From Fibrobacterota bacterium (GTDB taxonomy: Bacteria > Fibrobacterota > Fibrobacteria > UBA11236): a stretch of 10,361 nucleotides of DNA. Each line of letters opens with the position of its first letter. Position 1 is the stretch's first letter. The position numbers were made by a program, and so were the translations under genes. This document shows, one piece after another, positions 7,130 through 10,361 of this stretch. The notes beneath the pieces were generated by a model, which did not search any database, was not told the origin of the DNA, and worked only from the letters and a program-made list of their open reading frames with translations. The DNA lies in assembly GCA_043753995.1 (NCBI GenBank), contig JAYUVP010000221.1, positions 1-10,361 on the forward strand. Direction: 5' to 3'.

Positions 7130-7807
7130 ATGTTTTTGCTGCGCACCTTCCTCTTGCTAGTCATAGCGGTCGCCATCAATGGCGGTCTCTACTTGCTGGT
7201 GCCTTATATGCAGGTGGGGATGCGTCCGAAAATCAAGAATGCACAGGAAGAACGCGTGGTGGCTGAAGTCACCCTCAATCCCTATCAGCCCGAACGCGCA
7301 GTGAAAAGGCCTATCGAGGAAATCAAACCTGTGTCTTTGGAAAAGCCGGAAAAGTTAACGGCCTCGCGCCCCACCGCTCCTGGTGGCGGTATGAAAATCG
7401 ATTTGTCACCTGCTGGCGGAGATGGTCCCGCCCTGCTTTCGGGGAAAGGCACTCGAGGTATAGGCTCGGGTTCGGGAGATGCCATAGGGGGCGCGGGTAA
7501 CGGACCCATGACCTATGAAATGGGCGCCACCGACACGGACGCAAAAACCGTAGGCCCTGATCCTGGCCTGATCTATCCAAGCCGAGCGAATCGCGAAGGG
7601 GTCACCGGTTATGCCGAACTCGCCTTTGTCGTCAATGAATTCGGCAATATCGAGAATGTCACGGTATTGAAAGAAGAACCCATTGGCTACGGTTTTGCCC
7701 AGGCGGCGATCGTATCCGCGAAAAAGCTTCGCTTTAAACCAGCCACCTTGCAAAAAACGGCGGTGCGCCAACACTTTCGCCGCCGCTTTAATTTTGAACA
7801 ACAATAA
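7130..7807 (+). CDS. tonB: Energy transducer TonB
   Basis: Single N-terminal TM, low-complexity linker, C-terminal TonB_C domain YPSRANREGVTGYAELAFVVNEFGNIENVTVLKEEPIGYGFAQAAIVSAKKLRFKPA. Confidence 0.9.
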   Translation: MFLLRTFLLLVIAVAINGGLYLLVPYMQVGMRPKIKNAQEERVVAEVTLNPYQPERAVKRPIEEIKPVSLEKPEKLTASRPTAPGGGMKIDLSPAGGDGPALLSGKGTRGIGSGSGDAIGGAGNGPMTYEMGATDTDAKTVGPDPGLIYPSRANREGVTGYAELAFVVNEFGNIENVTVLKEEPIGYGFAQAAIVSAKKLRFKPATLQKTAVRQHFRRRFNFEQQ

Positions 7808-8865
7808 TGTCCAGCTTCACCAAACCTCCTTGCCGTAAGAAGACGGAATTCACCTGGGTGCGGACCATTCTCAGCGTGCTGATCTTATCCCTAGCCTCTT
7901 TTGGGCAAACCAAACCCGGGAATGCCAGCACGGCACCGACTCTCGATCCCATTGCACGTGGCAATCTCCTTTATGAAAAAGGCGATTATTCCGCTGCCGC
8001 CGAACTCTATCGTCAAGCCGCCCTTACCAGTAAGCAATCCTTGCAGCGGGCCTTTGCGTGGTTCAACCTGGGCAATTGCCATGTGCAGACCAAGGGGTAT
8101 AACAAAGCCATCGTGGCCTATCATCGCAGCGTCGAAGCCGTACCGACCTTTTCGCGAGCCTGGTCCGTGCTCGGCGACGTTTATTACACCTCAGGTGCCG
8201 TGGGAGAGGCGAGCGCTTGCTATCGTCGCGTGATTGAAAACGAAGGCGAGGACTTTCATGCCCATCAAATGCTCGGCGAATGCGCCTTGTTGGGTGGCGA
8301 TGTCACCGAAGCCCTGCGCCACTTCGACGCCGCCACCAAGATCGAGCCCGAAGATGCCGACCTTTATCTCGCTCAAAGCGAAGCCCTGGCGCGCCTGCGT
8401 GACTATGATGCAGCGGAAAAAGTCATGGAACAAGCCCTGCTTCGCCTATCCAAACCCCCTGCGGAAGCCTTCTTCTATCTCGGCCAGCTTTACGAACTCG
8501 ACGGAAAATCGCGCAAAGCGGTGAGAGCTTACGAAGCGGGCCTCAGCTATGCCCCCACTCGCAAGGAGTATTGGTTCCGCATCGCCAATTTGCATCAGCG
8601 CGACAAAGAAGATTTTCTCGCCTTACTCACCCTAGAGCAAGGCATCGCCAAAGGGCTGAAAGATCCCGAATTGCATTTGCGCCGGGCCTTGATTTTTTTC
8701 GAGCAAAACCGCTTTGACAAGGCCCTGGCAGAATTCGTGAAAGCCAGGGATTTAGGCAGCCTTCAAGGACGGCGCGGCATAGAGAATGTCGCAGCGGCCT
8801 ATGCCAATATGGGCGACAAAAAACGCGCGGATGAGGCGAAGAAGCGCGCCTTTCGGCTTGAATGA
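7807..8865 (+). CDS. Exported tetratricopeptide-repeat protein (in the TtpD position of TonB2-type operons)
   Basis: Signal-like segment RTILSVLILSLASFG|Q, then about 8-9 TPR units by eye (e.g. AWFNLGNCHVQTKGYNKAIVAYHRSVEAVP, AFFYLGQLYELDGKSRKAVRAYEAGLSYAP). TAATG overlap with the tonB stop. Confidence 0.88.
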   Translation: MSSFTKPPCRKKTEFTWVRTILSVLILSLASFGQTKPGNASTAPTLDPIARGNLLYEKGDYSAAAELYRQAALTSKQSLQRAFAWFNLGNCHVQTKGYNKAIVAYHRSVEAVPTFSRAWSVLGDVYYTSGAVGEASACYRRVIENEGEDFHAHQMLGECALLGGDVTEALRHFDAATKIEPEDADLYLAQSEALARLRDYDAAEKVMEQALLRLSKPPAEAFFYLGQLYELDGKSRKAVRAYEAGLSYAPTRKEYWFRIANLHQRDKEDFLALLTLEQGIAKGLKDPELHLRRALIFFEQNRFDKALAEFVKARDLGSLQGRRGIENVAAAYANMGDKKRADEAKKRAFRLE

Positions 8866-8877
8866 GGATGGGTGGAC

Positions 8878-10361
8878 ATGATGCAATTTTATTCCGGTAA
8901 AAAGAGTTACCTCGCGCTATTTACTCTGGGCCTATTGCTGGCTGCCCATGCCTTTTCCTTAGACATCACGGCCCTAATCAATAAAAAGGTCGCGGGGGCT
9001 CTGCCCGGAAAAACCATGGGCGATTTCGAAGGCGACATTCCCGACAATTCCATTCAGGATTCCTCCTATTACATAGGCGGTGGTGACGCTTTTCAAATAC
9101 ATATCACTGGCCTGTCGAGCGAAGAATACGATCCCGTGGTGAATCAAAATCTGGATCTCTATCTCAATGATTTCGGCCTCCTGCATTTAGGACGCGTCAC
9201 CCTAGCGGATGCAAAATCGAAAATTCGAGACTGGGCATCTAAAGGGGTTAAAAACAAATTTCAAGTCTATGTGACCTTAAAAAAAACCAAAAAATGCTTC
9301 ATTTATGTGACGGGGAAAATCGCCAGTCCCGGATCTTATCAGGTGAGCGGCAGCCTACGATTGCTCGACGCAATCAAAATGGCAAATCAAGGCAATTTTC
9401 CTGCCATCGAAACGATTGACTATCGAAATGTTCGAATCACGAATGGCGACTCGTCCACCCTCTATGATTTGATGCGCTTCCTAACTAAGCAGGACATGGG
9501 CCAAAACCCCTATCTGTATCCAGGAGACCAAATCCACGTCACTGCACCTTTGGCAACGGCCCTGATTCAAGGTGAAGTCTCAGACACTTACAAGGGCTGG
9601 GTGCCAATCCGATCCGGGGAAAAATTATCTGATCTCCTGGCCCTTGTCGACTTGCATGCCTCCGCAGATTCAAGCTTTATCCTAGTTCAGCATGCGCGCG
9701 CAAACAATGGCAAGGCGGCAGACACTGTTTCCTACCAAAATGCATCCTCAGTCAACCTTCACGACTTGGATGTAATCACAATTCCGATCCAACCTGGCTA
9801 TCGACAAGTTACCGTGGTGAAAGTCTTTGGAGAAGCCATGCGACCAGGAAGATATGCCATTGTAGAGGGCAAAACATCAGTAGGCGATCTTTTGACCTTA
9901 GCTGGGGGAGCCAATGAATTCGGGGATTTGAGCCGTGCAGTCTTGCTTAAAGGCTCCCATTTCAAACTGAAAAACGGCGATGAAAAGGAAACTGGAGGCA
10001 AGAACTCCAATAGCCCATTGCCCATGTCCCTTTCCGCTTCAGAAGCTCCCGCCACCTTGATCCGCAAAGTTCGGCCCGAACAAAACTCATCTCTGGTGGA
10101 TATGCAATTGCTTTCGGACTACTCCGTGATGGAAATTGGAAACTCAAATCTCGGCATCACAGTCGAAAGCGATGACGAACTTTATATTCCCAAAAAAGAA
10201 TTGAACGTCTACTTGAGTGGCAATGTTAAAAATCCAGGGGCCTATCCCTTCGAAAAGGGAAAAACCTATGACTATTATGTTCAGCTTGCGGGTGGCTTTA
10301 CTTCCCCTGCAGACAAAAGCAATATCATGGTTGTTACCATGTACGACGATCGTGCCTTGCT
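8878..10361 (+). CDS. Polysaccharide export protein, OPX family (Poly_export domain plus multiple SLBB repeats; KpsD/OtnA/Wza-like); 3' end runs off the right edge
   Basis: My own translation is open from ATG 8878 (or 8881) to the window end (494 codons; absent from the ORF track). Signal peptide MMQFYSGKKSYLALFTLGLLLAAHAFS, SYYIGGGDAFQIHITG...VTLADAKSKI (Poly_export-like), then SLBB-like units IYVTGKIASPGSY...LLDAI, NPYLYPGDQIHV, ALIQGEV...EKLSDLL, VKVFGEAMRPGRY...DLLTLAGG, VYLSGNVKNPGAYPFEKGKTYDYYVQLAGGFT. Confidence 0.88.
   Translation, partial: MMQFYSGKKSYLALFTLGLLLAAHAFSLDITALINKKVAGALPGKTMGDFEGDIPDNSIQDSSYYIGGGDAFQIHITGLSSEEYDPVVNQNLDLYLNDFGLLHLGRVTLADAKSKIRDWASKGVKNKFQVYVTLKKTKKCFIYVTGKIASPGSYQVSGSLRLLDAIKMANQGNFPAIETIDYRNVRITNGDSSTLYDLMRFLTKQDMGQNPYLYPGDQIHVTAPLATALIQGEVSDTYKGWVPIRSGEKLSDLLALVDLHASADSSFILVQHARANNGKAADTVSYQNASSVNLHDLDVITIPIQPGYRQVTVVKVFGEAMRPGRYAIVEGKTSVGDLLTLAGGANEFGDLSRAVLLKGSHFKLKNGDEKETGGKNSNSPLPMSLSASEAPATLIRKVRPEQNSSLVDMQLLSDYSVMEIGNSNLGITVESDDELYIPKKELNVYLSGNVKNPGAYPFEKGKTYDYYVQLAGGFTSPADKSNIMVVTMYDDRAL

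Noticed and set aside
4532..7807. Interpretation as Tol-Pal, flagellar MotAB or Agl-Glt gliding motor
   Set aside because: No TolB, Pal or OmpA-type domain is present; the third component has a TonB_C domain and the DUF3450/TtpC pair marks a TonB2-type cluster.
1..10361. CRISPR arrays, tRNA/rRNA genes, IS elements, prophage or defence genes
   Set aside because: I saw no regularly spaced repeats, cloverleaf motifs, or transposase, integrase or nuclease motifs; intergenic gaps are all under about 230 nt.

Overview
Gene-dense chromosomal window from a Gram-negative bacterium; the taxon cannot be assigned from the sequence alone. Left: a 3'-truncated minus-strand MFS permease of the nucleoside:H+ symporter (NupG/XapB/YegT) family, missing from the ORF track, divergent from a GatB/YqeY gene, a small Bfd-like 2Fe-2S protein and a stand-alone class II xylose isomerase (xylA) closed by a strong intrinsic terminator. 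Right: a tightly coupled six-gene Ton motor operon with the Vibrio TonB2/TonB3 gene order (DUF3450/TtpB-like, TtpC-like, ExbB, ExbD, TonB, TPR/TtpD-like). No TonB-dependent receptor is visible, and the operon runs after only 12 nt into a 3'-truncated OPX/SLBB polysaccharide-export gene, also missing from the ORF track. No RNA genes, CRISPR arrays or mobile elements were recognised. All gene families are known; any novelty lies in the Ton-motor/polysaccharide-export linkage, the apparent TtpB/TtpC paralogy, an Asn at the TonB His20-equivalent position, and a remodelled binding pocket in the permease. All assignments are by-eye motif recognition; no searches were run.
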